Shown piece after piece: positions 28,659 through 38,299 of a DNA stretch of 64,000 nt. How positions within the stretch are numbered: position 1 is the stretch's first letter; every line of letters begins with the position of its first letter. The translations under genes were made by a program, and so were the position numbers. A model generated the notes under the pieces. The model saw only the letters and a program-made list of their open reading frames with translations, did no database searches and was not told where the DNA came from. This DNA comes from Cystobacterineae bacterium (GTDB lineage Bacteria; Myxococcota; Myxococcia; Myxococcales; Myxococcaceae), in NCBI GenBank assembly GCA_009782175.1, contig WRKR01000007.1, positions 6,125 through 70,124 of the forward strand. Reading direction: 5' to 3'.

Positions 28659-29360
28659 TTAGAAACCTCTCCCGGAGCTGTCTTTCCAATAATGGCTGAT
28701 TTCAAGCTCCAATCCATCAACTACTTGTTGGAAACTTTGATCGCTTGTATCAACCAACAAAGCATCTTCAGCTTGCTTCAGCGGAGCAAGCTTGCGCTGA
28801 CTGTCAGCCAAATCTCTCTTATCCTGTTCCAAAAAAACTTCATCAAAAGTTTTGAAAATTCCTTGAGCCGCCAATTCCTCTTGGCGACGTCGAGCACGCT
28901 CTCGAGGAATTGCCGTAATAAAAAATTTTAAATCCGCCTCCGGAAAAACCACCGTCCCAATGTCCCGACCATCCAAAATAACCCCTCTGGGGGCTGCCAA
29001 CGCCAAGGCCCTCTGGTATTCCAATAAAGCAGCGCGAACTTCAGGCCAAGCAGACAACTCACTCGTCAACAAAGATACTTCAGGCCTTCGAATGGCTTGC
29101 GTCACATCTTCTTCATTTAAGAAAATACGACTGCCTTCCTGTTGAAAACAAATGTTCAGCTTTGATAAAAGGTTCAAAATGTTTTCGCGTTGAGCCCCTA
29201 CCCCTCCATGTGCTCGCAATACGGCTAGGCCAAAACAACGGTAAATGGCCCCCGTGTCTATCCAAAGAAAATCCAGACGCCTTGCAAGCTCTCTGGCCAG
29301 CGTTGACTTGCCTGCCCCAGAGGGCCCATCCAATGCAACAATGAAAGCAGGCTTCTTCAT
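28659..29360 (-). CDS. cmk: (d)CMP kinase
   Basis: IVALDGPSGAGKSTLARELARRLDFLWIDTGAIYR. 4-nt ATGA overlap with accA. Confidence 0.9.
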   Translation of the reverse strand: MKKPAFIVALDGPSGAGKSTLARELARRLDFLWIDTGAIYRCFGLAVLRAHGGVGAQRENILNLLSKLNICFQQEGSRIFLNEEDVTQAIRRPEVSLLTSELSAWPEVRAALLEYQRALALAAPRGVILDGRDIGTVVFPEADLKFFITAIPRERARRRQEELAAQGIFKTFDEVFLEQDKRDLADSQRKLAPLKQAEDALLVDTSDQSFQQVVDGLELEISHYWKDSSGRGF

Positions 29361-30325
29361 GACACAGAAAAAACCCCCATCGCCCGAAACCGTTCATAGC
29401 GATCTGCGATGAGTTGTTTTGGCGTCATTTTGGCGAGCTGTTGATGGTGTTTCTTCAGCGCTTTGCCAAGCAATTCAGCCGCTTTCGCCTTGTCACGGTG
29501 TGCACCACCCACAGGTTCAGCCACCACCTCATTAATCACTCTAAATTGAAAAATGTCCTTCGCCGTCAACTTCAAAGCTTCGGCTGCCTTGGGCGCTTTC
29601 GTCGCATCACGATAAAGAATGGAGCTGCAGGCCTCCGGGCTGATCACAGAATAAACGCTGTGCTCAAGCATCAACACCCGGTTCGCCACACCAATCGCTA
29701 AAGCACCTCCTGAGCCCCCTTCTCCAATCACCGTCGCAATAATGGGCACCGGCAATGCAGCCATATATTCCAAATTAACCGCAATCGCTTCTGCTTGCCC
29801 TCGCTCCTCCGCACCCATGCCTGGATAGGCCCCAGGCGTATCAATAAACGTAAAAACAGGACGAGAAAACCGCGCAGCAAGCTCCATCAACCGCCGCGCC
29901 TTGCGATAGCCTTCAGGCCTGGGCATGCCAAAATTCCGCGCCATGTTTTCTTTGGTGTTCCGCCCCTTCTGGTGGCCAATAACCACAACAGGTTGCCCTT
30001 CAAATTTCGCAAGCCCTCCCACAATGGCCATGTCATCCGCAAAACAGCGATCTCCAGACAACTCACAAAAGTCTTTAAATAAATAATGCAAGTAGTCCAA
30101 AAAATAAGGACGCGCGCTGTGCCTGGAAAGTTGAACAACCTGCCAACGTGTCAACCCACCAAAAACCTTCGCCTGAAGCTTCTTCGCTTGTTTCTCCAAA
30201 CGAAGAATTTCTGAGTTGAAATGGGTCGCTCCTGTCTCGCTTAAAACTTTGAGCTCCTCTATCTTGTTCTCAAGCTCAATCAACGGGCGCTCAAAATCTA
30301 AAGCATATGTCATTTTTATGGGCAT
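29357..30325 (-). CDS. accA: Acetyl-CoA carboxylase carboxyltransferase alpha subunit
   Basis: LDFERPLIELENKIEELK...GQPVVVIGHQKGRNTKENMARNFGMPRPEGYRKARRLMELAARFSRPVFTFIDTPGAYPGMGAEERGQAEAIA. Confidence 0.95.
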   Translation of the reverse strand: MPIKMTYALDFERPLIELENKIEELKVLSETGATHFNSEILRLEKQAKKLQAKVFGGLTRWQVVQLSRHSARPYFLDYLHYLFKDFCELSGDRCFADDMAIVGGLAKFEGQPVVVIGHQKGRNTKENMARNFGMPRPEGYRKARRLMELAARFSRPVFTFIDTPGAYPGMGAEERGQAEAIAVNLEYMAALPVPIIATVIGEGGSGGALAIGVANRVLMLEHSVYSVISPEACSSILYRDATKAPKAAEALKLTAKDIFQFRVINEVVAEPVGGAHRDKAKAAELLGKALKKHHQQLAKMTPKQLIADRYERFRAMGVFSVS

Positions 30326-30340
30326 TGGTTCAACCCCCCC

Positions 30341-32266
30341 TTAAGCCGCTTTGCTGCGTGGCGCTATAGACAAAGCATACCAAGCCGTGCGAAACGCTTT
30401 GAGCTCTCGAAGGCCTGCCGGAAAACGCCCAAGCGCAGGCGCAACCGTCAACGGCACATGCAACTTCTTCTCCATCAGCTTGGCAACCTCCAACTCCTGC
30501 CCCCGCCGCTCTTCCGTCAATGCACAGGTGGACTTTGGCAAAACACGGTTTAAAATAACTCGCTCCAACGGCAGCTTGTGTGTCTTCAAAAATGCAATGG
30601 AACGCTGAAACGCCGGCACCACAGAGGCTTCCGCTCGCCCAACCAGAATAAACCGCGACTCTGCCGGGTTGGACAATGCCGCTTCAAAACGCACAAGCCG
30701 CTGCTCCCAAGAAGCCACCTCTTCCAATAGCCCAGAAAAACCTTTGTTCCGGTTTTTAGAAAATGCACCCCTTAAACCTTGTAGCCATAAACGAAGGGGG
30801 CCTATCGCATCCAAAAACCGAAAGGCTGTGAGATCATCGGGCAAATCCACCACCACACGCTTAAAACGCTCTTGTATTAAAGCATCCGTAAGCACTTGGA
30901 TGATGGCAAAATCCTCAAGCTCAGGCGGACCCAACTCCACAAGGTTTTTTATAAGCTCCTTCGCCCAACCCAAATCCACACCCCCAACAGCATCTGCCGT
31001 CCACGCCCAACTCAACTTCTCTCGAAGACGCTTCTTCAAACCATTCAACCACACCTGTGCATCCAACTCCCGAGCATATAAACCCTTCGTCCCTCGCACT
31101 TGGGACTCTGCCTCCATCAACCGGTTTTGCAAAACATCCGAAAGAGAGTGCACTGCATCCGTGGACAGAAGAAGTACGGGGCCCTCTTTTTCAGTTAAAG
31201 CCACAGCCGCGGCTACGGCGCATGTGCTTTTTCCGCCACCTCCTGGGCCCCCAAAAAATAAAAACCGCGTCGGAGGCAAAGGCGGCGCAGCAATGTCCGG
31301 CATCGAAGGCGTCTTCACCAGCGGGGGAGGACCTTCATGCGCAGCAAAAGCCAAAGCCTTCGTCTCACTCGCCTTCTCCCAACTCTTCATAAAGGCCAAA
31401 AGCTCTTCCAAACCTGTGGGGGCTTGCATGCGACGCTTCACCAGAGAAACTTGAGAGCACCAGCTGCCATATTTTCGGACGGAAGGCGCCTGCAGGCCAC
31501 GGCGAGCAAATACGACGGGGCCCTCATCCTTCGCTTCAACCTGCGCAACCAAAATTTCCGCCGGCACCATGCCTTGTGACTTGAGCTCCGTCAGCAAAGT
31601 CTTCGTTTGCGCCTCAGCCAAAGGCTCAGCCAACGCCACAACATGCCACGCAAAATGCTCCGGATCCTTCATCCACGCAGAAAGCTTCTCGCAAAGCTCT
31701 ACCCACTCTCCCAGGGGAAATGGCTGCTTCACCCCCGTCTTGGAAGCCTTTGAAGCTTTCTCATTCCTCAACAAAGACAAATAAGTACGTAAACGTGGAA
31801 CCGCTCCAAGCAACCGCAAAACAGAGCCCACAGAAGGGCCATCCACAACAACCTTCTCAAAACGTTGGTTGCTTAAAAGCTCCCATAACCACAATAAACC
31901 CGCAACATCCTTCAGAGACTCAATGGTCGGCGTCACAAGCTTCAAAACTTCATCTTTCGTCAACACCCCCGCTTTTGCCATATGCTTCTCTAAAGAAACC
32001 TTCCAGCTGCTCCCCCACTTTTCTGCAAGCTTTGTGCGATCACACTCCGCTGCATAAAAAACCACCCCCCCCTTTTTTATTTCCAATTTCTTCGGCTGCT
32101 GCGAAAGCTTCACCTGAAGAAGCTCCGATAAACTCCCCCTGCTCTCCCAAGAAACAAGGAGACATTTCTGCTCCGCTGCAGCACCTAAGGCAAAAGCCGA
32201 TGATAACAAAGTCTTGCTTGAACCCCCCTTGCCGCAAAAGAAATGCAGAAGTTGTCCATCTTTCAT
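30341..32266 (-). CDS. Tandem-domain ArsA/GET3-family ATPase-like protein with divergent motifs
   Basis: Two P-loop halves: FFCGKGGSSKTLL and FFGGPGGGGKSTCAVAAAV...LLLSTDAVHSLSDVL (compare STDPAHSL in ArsA). The ArsA DTAPTGHT switch is replaced in both halves, by VDGPSVGSVLRLL and by VDLPDDLTAFRFL. Confidence 0.7.
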   Translation of the reverse strand: MKDGQLLHFFCGKGGSSKTLLSSAFALGAAAEQKCLLVSWESRGSLSELLQVKLSQQPKKLEIKKGGVVFYAAECDRTKLAEKWGSSWKVSLEKHMAKAGVLTKDEVLKLVTPTIESLKDVAGLLWLWELLSNQRFEKVVVDGPSVGSVLRLLGAVPRLRTYLSLLRNEKASKASKTGVKQPFPLGEWVELCEKLSAWMKDPEHFAWHVVALAEPLAEAQTKTLLTELKSQGMVPAEILVAQVEAKDEGPVVFARRGLQAPSVRKYGSWCSQVSLVKRRMQAPTGLEELLAFMKSWEKASETKALAFAAHEGPPPLVKTPSMPDIAAPPLPPTRFLFFGGPGGGGKSTCAVAAAVALTEKEGPVLLLSTDAVHSLSDVLQNRLMEAESQVRGTKGLYARELDAQVWLNGLKKRLREKLSWAWTADAVGGVDLGWAKELIKNLVELGPPELEDFAIIQVLTDALIQERFKRVVVDLPDDLTAFRFLDAIGPLRLWLQGLRGAFSKNRNKGFSGLLEEVASWEQRLVRFEAALSNPAESRFILVGRAEASVVPAFQRSIAFLKTHKLPLERVILNRVLPKSTCALTEERRGQELEVAKLMEKKLHVPLTVAPALGRFPAGLRELKAFRTAWYALSIAPRSKAA

Positions 32267-32564
32267 GTTTACATCGCCTTCCCAAAGTAGCTTAGGCTAA
32301 ACCTTCGGATATTAAGCGTAAAAACCACAAAACCTCAAAATGCCTAAAACAAATAAGCATCAACCAAACGCCTGATTATGCTTAGTTTAAAGAAAAAAAC
32401 AAGCCAAAACCATTAGAGCTGTACTGCAGGCACACATTTCCTTATATTTATTGAAAAGGTATAGGCTTCTATTCTTTTTGTAGGAGACTTTTCTTCTTTC
32501 TATGGGAGACTTCTCTCTTTCCATGAGAATAAGGGCTTTAGGACAGGACACTTGGATTTAGCGC

Positions 32565-34064
32565 GTGGACTCAACCCCCATTATCGGCATTGACATAGGC
32601 TCGACAAAAATTGTGGCGTTTTCTGCGCAGCTCGTCGGACATGAGTGGAGCTTCCAGAAACAGGGGGAGCTTTGTGCCAACGCCTATGGGGTGGATGAGC
32701 GGGGACAGGAGTTTTTGGGGGAGGCAGCTCAACAAAGGCTCTTCTTGAGACCGGCGCTGACGGTGTCTCACTATCACCACCTGCTCGGCCGCAAGTTGCT
32801 CCCTGTGGAGTTTCTGCGCAACTATAGCCCCATTCGCTTTGGTATCCACCAAACCCCCAACGGGCTCCTGTTGCGTTTGGCCAATGAAGAGCTGACGCCC
32901 ACGCAAATCCTCTCCAAAGTCCTCCTGCATTTTAAACAAGGGCTTTTCAATAAGCTCCCTCCAGATCAACCCTTGCACGCTGTTGCCGTTGTGCCATCGG
33001 ATTTTTCTCACCTCCAACGCCAAGCACTCATTGAAGCCATGCAGCTTGCCGGAATCCATTGTACACAACTTCTGAATAACCCTCTGAGCATTGCCCTGGC
33101 CTCCAAAACCCCGGGAGGAGCCCCGGAGCTTTTGCTGGTTTGTGACTTTGGCGGCACGGCTTTTGAGACAGCTCTTATCGAAATTCACGGCGACAAAATG
33201 GAAATTGTCGCATGCAAGGCAGATCACTATTTGGGAGGAAACAATTTTAACAAAGCCATTGCCAATTATGCGATGAACCTTTTCTATTCCCAAACCGGCA
33301 TCAACCTCTCGCAACAACCGCTTGCCATGCAGCGGATTTATAACCTCTCTGACATTTCAAAAAAAGAGTTGGATGTTCAACCAGAAATGAACTTCAACAT
33401 TCCCTTCATTTCCATTGATGATCGCCTGCTTCCCGTGGATTTAAATTTTCGCCTCAGCAAGGAAATGCTGGAAGAGCTGGCGACGCCTTTGCTTGAGCGC
33501 GCCATCCAACTGGTTGAGCGCCTGCTGAAAGAAACGCATGCGGACACACAAAAAATCAGCCGCACCATTCTCGCTGGGGGCCAAGCTCGCATGCCTGCTT
33601 TTCAGGCGCTTTTGAGCAAACGCCTTCAGTTGCCACTGCAACTTGCAGAGCCTGCCACAAACCAGTCCGCCATGGGAGCAGCCATGTTGGGCTATGCGCT
33701 TAGGGAAAATTCTGAAGTCCATTTTCAGCTAAGCAATTTGACTTCACTGGACATTGGTTTTGAAAAAGCCGATGGCTCCCTCCACGTCGTCATTCCGCGC
33801 TCCGCGCAGCTGCCCAAAATAAAAGAAGTCATCGCCACCACCAGCTTTGATTCTCAAACAGAGCTGACTTTGCGGCTTTTCCAGGGAACCACCCTGTCCA
33901 GCGAAAGCGAGAAAATAGGTGAATATTCTTTCGCCGGAATTCCCCCAGGAAAAGCCGGAACTGTCAAAATTAGAATTCGATTTGAGCTGGATGCCAATGG
34001 TGTTTTAAAGCTTAGCGCCCAAAATGCCGCCAACAACCAGGCCATAAACGTCTCCTCCCAATAA
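32565..34064 (+). CDS. Hsp70-family protein (short, divergent DnaK paralogue lacking the C-terminal lid)
   Basis: GTG start. Motifs: IIGIDIGSTKIVAF, VVPSDFSHLQRQALIEAMQLAGI, LLVCDFGGTAFETALIEI, LGGNNFNKAI and ILAGGQARMPAFQALL. Total length is only 499 aa. Confidence 0.85.
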   Translation: MDSTPIIGIDIGSTKIVAFSAQLVGHEWSFQKQGELCANAYGVDERGQEFLGEAAQQRLFLRPALTVSHYHHLLGRKLLPVEFLRNYSPIRFGIHQTPNGLLLRLANEELTPTQILSKVLLHFKQGLFNKLPPDQPLHAVAVVPSDFSHLQRQALIEAMQLAGIHCTQLLNNPLSIALASKTPGGAPELLLVCDFGGTAFETALIEIHGDKMEIVACKADHYLGGNNFNKAIANYAMNLFYSQTGINLSQQPLAMQRIYNLSDISKKELDVQPEMNFNIPFISIDDRLLPVDLNFRLSKEMLEELATPLLERAIQLVERLLKETHADTQKISRTILAGGQARMPAFQALLSKRLQLPLQLAEPATNQSAMGAAMLGYALRENSEVHFQLSNLTSLDIGFEKADGSLHVVIPRSAQLPKIKEVIATTSFDSQTELTLRLFQGTTLSSESEKIGEYSFAGIPPGKAGTVKIRIRFELDANGVLKLSAQNAANNQAINVSSQ

Positions 34065-34129
34065 AAGAGAAATGAGCTGGGCCACAGACCCACTCCCCCC
34101 CGGAGGGAAAAAACAAAGGGAGAAAAAAC

Positions 34130-35494
34130 TTAGCCTCCTGTAGGGAGTTTGCCCATGGCCTCCTTGAGGTGTATTTCATCCAGGGCCTCGTCTTGCAGTT
34201 TGCCCTCCAAAAAATCCATATATACTTGCATGTCAAAATGGCCGTGGCCGGACAAGTTGAAGAGAATGGTTTTGGCCTTGCCCTCTTGTTTGCAAATGAG
34301 GGCCTCATCCATGGCGGTACGTATAGCGTGGCAGGACTCGGGGGCGGGGACAATGCCCTCGGTGCGGGCGAAGAGGAGGCCGGCCTCAAGGCAGGGTATT
34401 TGGGGTACCGCAACAGCCTCCACCAGGCCCAGCGCATAAACATGGCTGAGCAGCGGCGCCATGCCGTGGTAGCGCAAACCGCCCGCGTGGAAGCTGGGCG
34501 GCGTAAAGGTGGAGCCCAGCGTATGCATTTTCAGCAGCGGCGTCATGCCGGCCACATCGCCAAAGTCATAGGCATAGGCGCCACGCGTCAGGCTGGGGCA
34601 AGCCACAGGCTCCACGGCCACAAAGCGCGTCGCCTTTTTTTCGCGCAAGGCCTTGCCCAAAAATGGAAAGGCAATGCCCGAAAAGTTGGAGCCTCCCCCC
34701 GCGCAGCCCACCACAATGTCCGGGTAGTCGTCCATCATTTCCATCTGCACCAGCGCCTCCTGGCCCATAATGCTTTGGTGCAAAATAACGTGGTTGAGGA
34801 CAGAGCCCAGGCAATAGCGCGCCTTGTTATCCTTGGCAGCCACCTCCAGGGCCTCGGAAACGGCACAGCCGAGGCTGCCGGGGTGGTGGGGGTTTTGGAG
34901 GAGTATGGCCCTTCCGGCCTCCGTCGTTTCCGAGGGTGAGGGTACGCAGCGCGCGCCATACATTTCCATTTGGCCGCGCCTATAGGGTTTTTGCCTATAG
35001 GAGACGCGCACCATAAAAATGTCCACCTCCACGCCAAACTGTGCACCGCCATAGGCCAGGGAGGTGCCCCACTGCCCCCCGCCCGTCTCCGTCGTAATCC
35101 GTTTTATGCCGTCCTGTTTGGCATAAAAAGCCTGGGCGAGGCCGGAGTTGGTTTTGTGGCTGCCGGTGGGGCTCAAGCTTTCGGCCTTAAAATACATGCG
35201 GGCGGGGGTATCCAGTGCGGCCTCCAAGCGTCGCGCGCGCACCAGCGGCGTGGGGCGCCACAACGCATAGAGTTGGCGCACAGGCTCGGGTATTTCCACC
35301 TCGCGCTCCGTGGCCAACTCTTGTTGGGCGAGGCTTGGGGAAAACACCTGGGAGAGTTCCTCCACACCTAAGGGTTTGAGGGTGCCAGGGTGGAGCAGGC
35401 CAGGGGCCGGGGCGGGCAAGTCCGCACGTATTTCATACCAGGTTTTGGGGAGGTGTTGGGCATCCAGCACGCACCGGGTTTTGTTCAGTTCCAT
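34130..35494 (-). CDS. TrpB-like PLP-dependent enzyme (tryptophan synthase beta, type 2)
   Basis: LPKTWYEIRADLP...LWRPTPLVRARRLE...YFKAESLSPTGSHKTNS (PLP lysine)...ETGGGQWGTSLAYG...GCAGGGSNFSGIAFPF. ATG 35494 is preferred over the TTG at 35512. Confidence 0.9.
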   Translation of the reverse strand: MELNKTRCVLDAQHLPKTWYEIRADLPAPAPGLLHPGTLKPLGVEELSQVFSPSLAQQELATEREVEIPEPVRQLYALWRPTPLVRARRLEAALDTPARMYFKAESLSPTGSHKTNSGLAQAFYAKQDGIKRITTETGGGQWGTSLAYGGAQFGVEVDIFMVRVSYRQKPYRRGQMEMYGARCVPSPSETTEAGRAILLQNPHHPGSLGCAVSEALEVAAKDNKARYCLGSVLNHVILHQSIMGQEALVQMEMMDDYPDIVVGCAGGGSNFSGIAFPFLGKALREKKATRFVAVEPVACPSLTRGAYAYDFGDVAGMTPLLKMHTLGSTFTPPSFHAGGLRYHGMAPLLSHVYALGLVEAVAVPQIPCLEAGLLFARTEGIVPAPESCHAIRTAMDEALICKQEGKAKTILFNLSGHGHFDMQVYMDFLEGKLQDEALDEIHLKEAMGKLPTGG

Positions 35495-35590
35495 AGGGGC
35501 GCACCCTAGCAATTTGCCACCCTTCCGGTGAAAGTTTTTTTCGCCCCCCTGCAGGGCGCGGGTATTTAAAAATAATTTTTTTATGCTGTG

Positions 35591-36271
35591 TTAAGAGGCC
35601 TTGCTGTTGTGGATCAACTCTTCATCCACCTGAATGAGGTGGCCAGAGCGGTCTCTCTTGGTTTTGAGGTATTCCCGGTTGGCCGGCGTAAACTCAATGG
35701 GTGAGGAAATGCGCTCTTCAATGCGGATGCCCCCCTCCTTCAGTCCCGCCAACTTTTGGGGGTTGTTCGTAATGAGTGCCACAGAAAGCACCCCAAAATA
35801 CCTTAAAATTTCAACCGCCATTTCATAACTACGCATGTCATCCGGAAAGCCCAAATGCAAATTGGCATCTACGGTGTCCAAACCGGACTGCTGCTGCAAA
35901 GCATAGGCCTTTATTTTGTTGCCCAGCCCTATGCCTCTGCCCTCTTGGCGCAAATAAATGAGTATACCCTGGTTCCTCTGCGCAATATAATCCATCGCCC
36001 AATCCAGCTGAGCTTTGCAATCACAACGCAAACTCCCTAATACTTCACTCGTCAAACATTCAGAGTGCAGCCTCGTCACCAGGTTTTCAACACCCCATAT
36101 ATTCCCGCGTACCAAAGCCAAATGCTCAACTTCTGTTAGCTTTTCTCGAAAAACCACAATGGAAAAAGGGCCCCACCTCGTCGAAAGTTCAGCTTGGGCA
36201 TATTTTTCGAGGAGTTGCAAAGCAGAGGAAACCGTGTTGGCTGCATTCATAGGCGTTATTGCGTTTGCCAT
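35591..36271 (-). CDS. ribA: GTP cyclohydrolase II
   Basis: LVTRLHSECLTSEVLGSLRCDCKAQL...ILIYLRQEGRGIGLGNKIKAYALQ...DTVDANLHLGFPDDMRSY. Confidence 0.9.
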   Translation of the reverse strand: MANAITPMNAANTVSSALQLLEKYAQAELSTRWGPFSIVVFREKLTEVEHLALVRGNIWGVENLVTRLHSECLTSEVLGSLRCDCKAQLDWAMDYIAQRNQGILIYLRQEGRGIGLGNKIKAYALQQQSGLDTVDANLHLGFPDDMRSYEMAVEILRYFGVLSVALITNNPQKLAGLKEGGIRIEERISSPIEFTPANREYLKTKRDRSGHLIQVDEELIHNSKAS

Positions 36272-36599
36272 AACATATTCATGTGCAGGCTTGCGTGCTC
36301 ATTTGCAAGCTTTGCGTGAGAATTCATCTCCACCGTCCATGCTGGGGTGCCTCTCGCGCTAAAGCTCCTGCTTTGGCCTGTTTTAAGCTTGCGCCCAAAA
36401 TTCGTCCCATGGCCAAGCTTCATGTTTGACTTTCACGTTGTTTTGTGAAGGAAGTGGCGCGCTCATTTGGGGCGAAAACCCCAAAACTTTTAAAATGGAT
36501 GTTTGGGTTGACACAAAGCCTTCCTCTCGTTACGAGGAGAAAAATTGAGAAGCAAACCCTCAATAATATATAGCGGCTTTCATTGACGAAGGAGAAAGC

Positions 36600-38285
36600 G
36601 TGGCCAGCAAGAAGGTTAAGCCTGCAGCCAAGTCCGCCTCTTCAAAAAAGAACAAGACTCTCAAGGTTTCCCCCCCAAAAAAGGCGAGTCCCTCCAAGAG
36701 TTCCTCAAAAATAGGTGGAAATAAGAAAACTTCCGCTCCAAACCCCTCTTTGAAAAAGAAGACACGGGCTTTTTCACCTCCCAAAGCAAAACCTGCCAAG
36801 CCTGTTTCTGCGGCTAAGCCTGTTTCCAAAAAACCAAAACCTGTTCCCCCCAAACAGACGGCGGCAAAAAAAGCTTTTAACGCCTCCTCAAAAACCACCC
36901 AGCCAAAGCCCAAAACCGTTTTGGCTCAAAGCCCAAAGCCAAGCCCAAAGCCAAGCCCGAAGGTTTTGAAGCCAAAACCTGTTGTGGCAAAGCCCTCTGT
37001 GGCAAAACCTGTTTTGGCGAAACCTGTTGTGGCCAAACCCGCTGTGGCAAAGCCTGTTGTGGCAAAGCCTGTTTTGGCAAAGCCTGTTTTGGGAAAAAAA
37101 TCCAAAGGCCCTCTTTCTCATAAGCCAAGCCCCCTTCTTAAAAAGTCTTCCTGGCAGGCCAAAGTCCCCGGGGAAGAAGGCATGGCTGTTGAGGGGGGCA
37201 TGGACACTCGCGCAGAAAACCTTGGCCCTCATGAGGTGCAGGAGAGTGTCAACTGGGCCATGTTTTTTGGCCCACCCCCGGACAAGCCTTCGCCCAAGTT
37301 GAGTGAGTTGCCAACGCTCATGGGGGCTTTAAACAGGCGAGCTATGGAGCAAGTGTTGACGGTGGGCTCAGGCCGAGGCGTAGCGGGAGAGGGCTCTATG
37401 AAGGGGAAATTGCTGCTCCACATGGGTTTCCCCTATTTAGAAGTCATGGGCAGAGATCGCCGGGAGTTATATTTTTTGCTGCAAGGGCCGGATCAAGAGG
37501 TGCTGCCTGCCTATTCACAGCACTGGGTTTCTGTCAGCGGCCTCATTCGAAAGACGCACAACTATGGCGGCAGCATTGATGTGCGCAAATATTCCGCAAA
37601 GTCCACGGAGCCTGAGGCTGAGCCAGCCCCCGTGGCGCCAGAGCCGCCCAAACTGCAATTTTTGTCTCCGGGGGAGCTTCAGCAAATAACAACGCCAGGC
37701 ATGGGAGCGGGCATGCGGGGCTTTGCTTCAGTCCGTGGAATATTGGAGCTTTCTGGTGAGGATCATAACCTCGTATTGGGAGGCCAGGGGACATGGCAGC
37801 AAGTCTCCCTGAAAATGGAGGGGAAAGCTGCCAGCGACCTAAGGCGTTGTGTCGGGCAGACATTGCACGTAACAGGCGTCATCGAAAAAGAAACCGGCTG
37901 GAGCGGGAGAATTTTAACAGAAAGCTATGAGTTGCGTGCGCCAACCTTGAGGGCTTTGTCCCGGGAAGGTTTGGACATTTATACCATTAACCACCTGGAA
38001 GAAACGCCCAGCGTGCTGCTTGAAGGACATCAAGCCTTGTTGGTATGCTTAACTGAAGTCCCCCGCTATATTTGGACGGTGGACATTGCCGCGGCCAAAC
38101 GCCTGGGCCTAAGAGAAGTGGTTTCCCGGCCTCACAATACGCAGGAGGTGCAGGTGCAAAAAGAGTTTTTCTTCCTCCCTCGCATGCCCGGTGTTATTGA
38201 GTTGGATTTCTTCTTGTCAAAAATTGCCAGCCCCCAACAGTTTGAGCGCAGTCTCCGTTTGCATGTAACAGTCCTACCTAGCTAA
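36600..38285 (+). CDS. Hypothetical protein with a Lys/Pro/Ala-rich basic N-terminal third (KPxxA repeats) and an unknown C-terminal domain
   Basis: GTG start 7 nt after AAGGAG. The first ~190 aa are almost entirely K/P/A/S, including 8 consecutive KPxxA units. The remainder is globular sequence with no motif I recognise. Confidence 0.7.
   Translation: MASKKVKPAAKSASSKKNKTLKVSPPKKASPSKSSSKIGGNKKTSAPNPSLKKKTRAFSPPKAKPAKPVSAAKPVSKKPKPVPPKQTAAKKAFNASSKTTQPKPKTVLAQSPKPSPKPSPKVLKPKPVVAKPSVAKPVLAKPVVAKPAVAKPVVAKPVLAKPVLGKKSKGPLSHKPSPLLKKSSWQAKVPGEEGMAVEGGMDTRAENLGPHEVQESVNWAMFFGPPPDKPSPKLSELPTLMGALNRRAMEQVLTVGSGRGVAGEGSMKGKLLLHMGFPYLEVMGRDRRELYFLLQGPDQEVLPAYSQHWVSVSGLIRKTHNYGGSIDVRKYSAKSTEPEAEPAPVAPEPPKLQFLSPGELQQITTPGMGAGMRGFASVRGILELSGEDHNLVLGGQGTWQQVSLKMEGKAASDLRRCVGQTLHVTGVIEKETGWSGRILTESYELRAPTLRALSREGLDIYTINHLEETPSVLLEGHQALLVCLTEVPRYIWTVDIAAAKRLGLREVVSRPHNTQEVQVQKEFFFLPRMPGVIELDFFLSKIASPQQFERSLRLHVTVLPS
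36975..37094. repeat. In-frame 15-bp tandem repeat, 8 copies (AAACCTGTTGTGGCA, encoding KPVVA)
   Basis: KPVVA KPSVA KPVLA KPVVA KPAVA KPVVA KPVLA KPVLG, read from the DNA. Confidence 0.9.
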
Positions 38286-38299
38286 GCAGCAGGTTTTTT

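Noticed and set aside
30669-34939. ORFs 30669..31454 (+, 261 aa), 32571..33317 (-, 248 aa) and 34169..34939 (+, 256 aa); also 52190..52720 (-, 176 aa) elsewhere.
   Set aside because: Each lies antisense to a confidently identified gene (ArsA-like, Hsp70, TrpB2 and TypA respectively) and lacks any motif.
35513-35590. The hairpin CGCCCCCCTGCAGGGCG as a terminator between ribA and trpB2.
   Set aside because: Both genes are on the minus strand, and on that strand the stem is followed by an A-run rather than a U-run. The T-run precedes the stem on the plus strand, where no gene ends.
36272-36599. An FMN riboswitch in the leader of ribA.
   Set aside because: The conserved FMN-element blocks are not present on the minus strand. 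Only a short TTGGGG/CCCCAA hairpin is visible.
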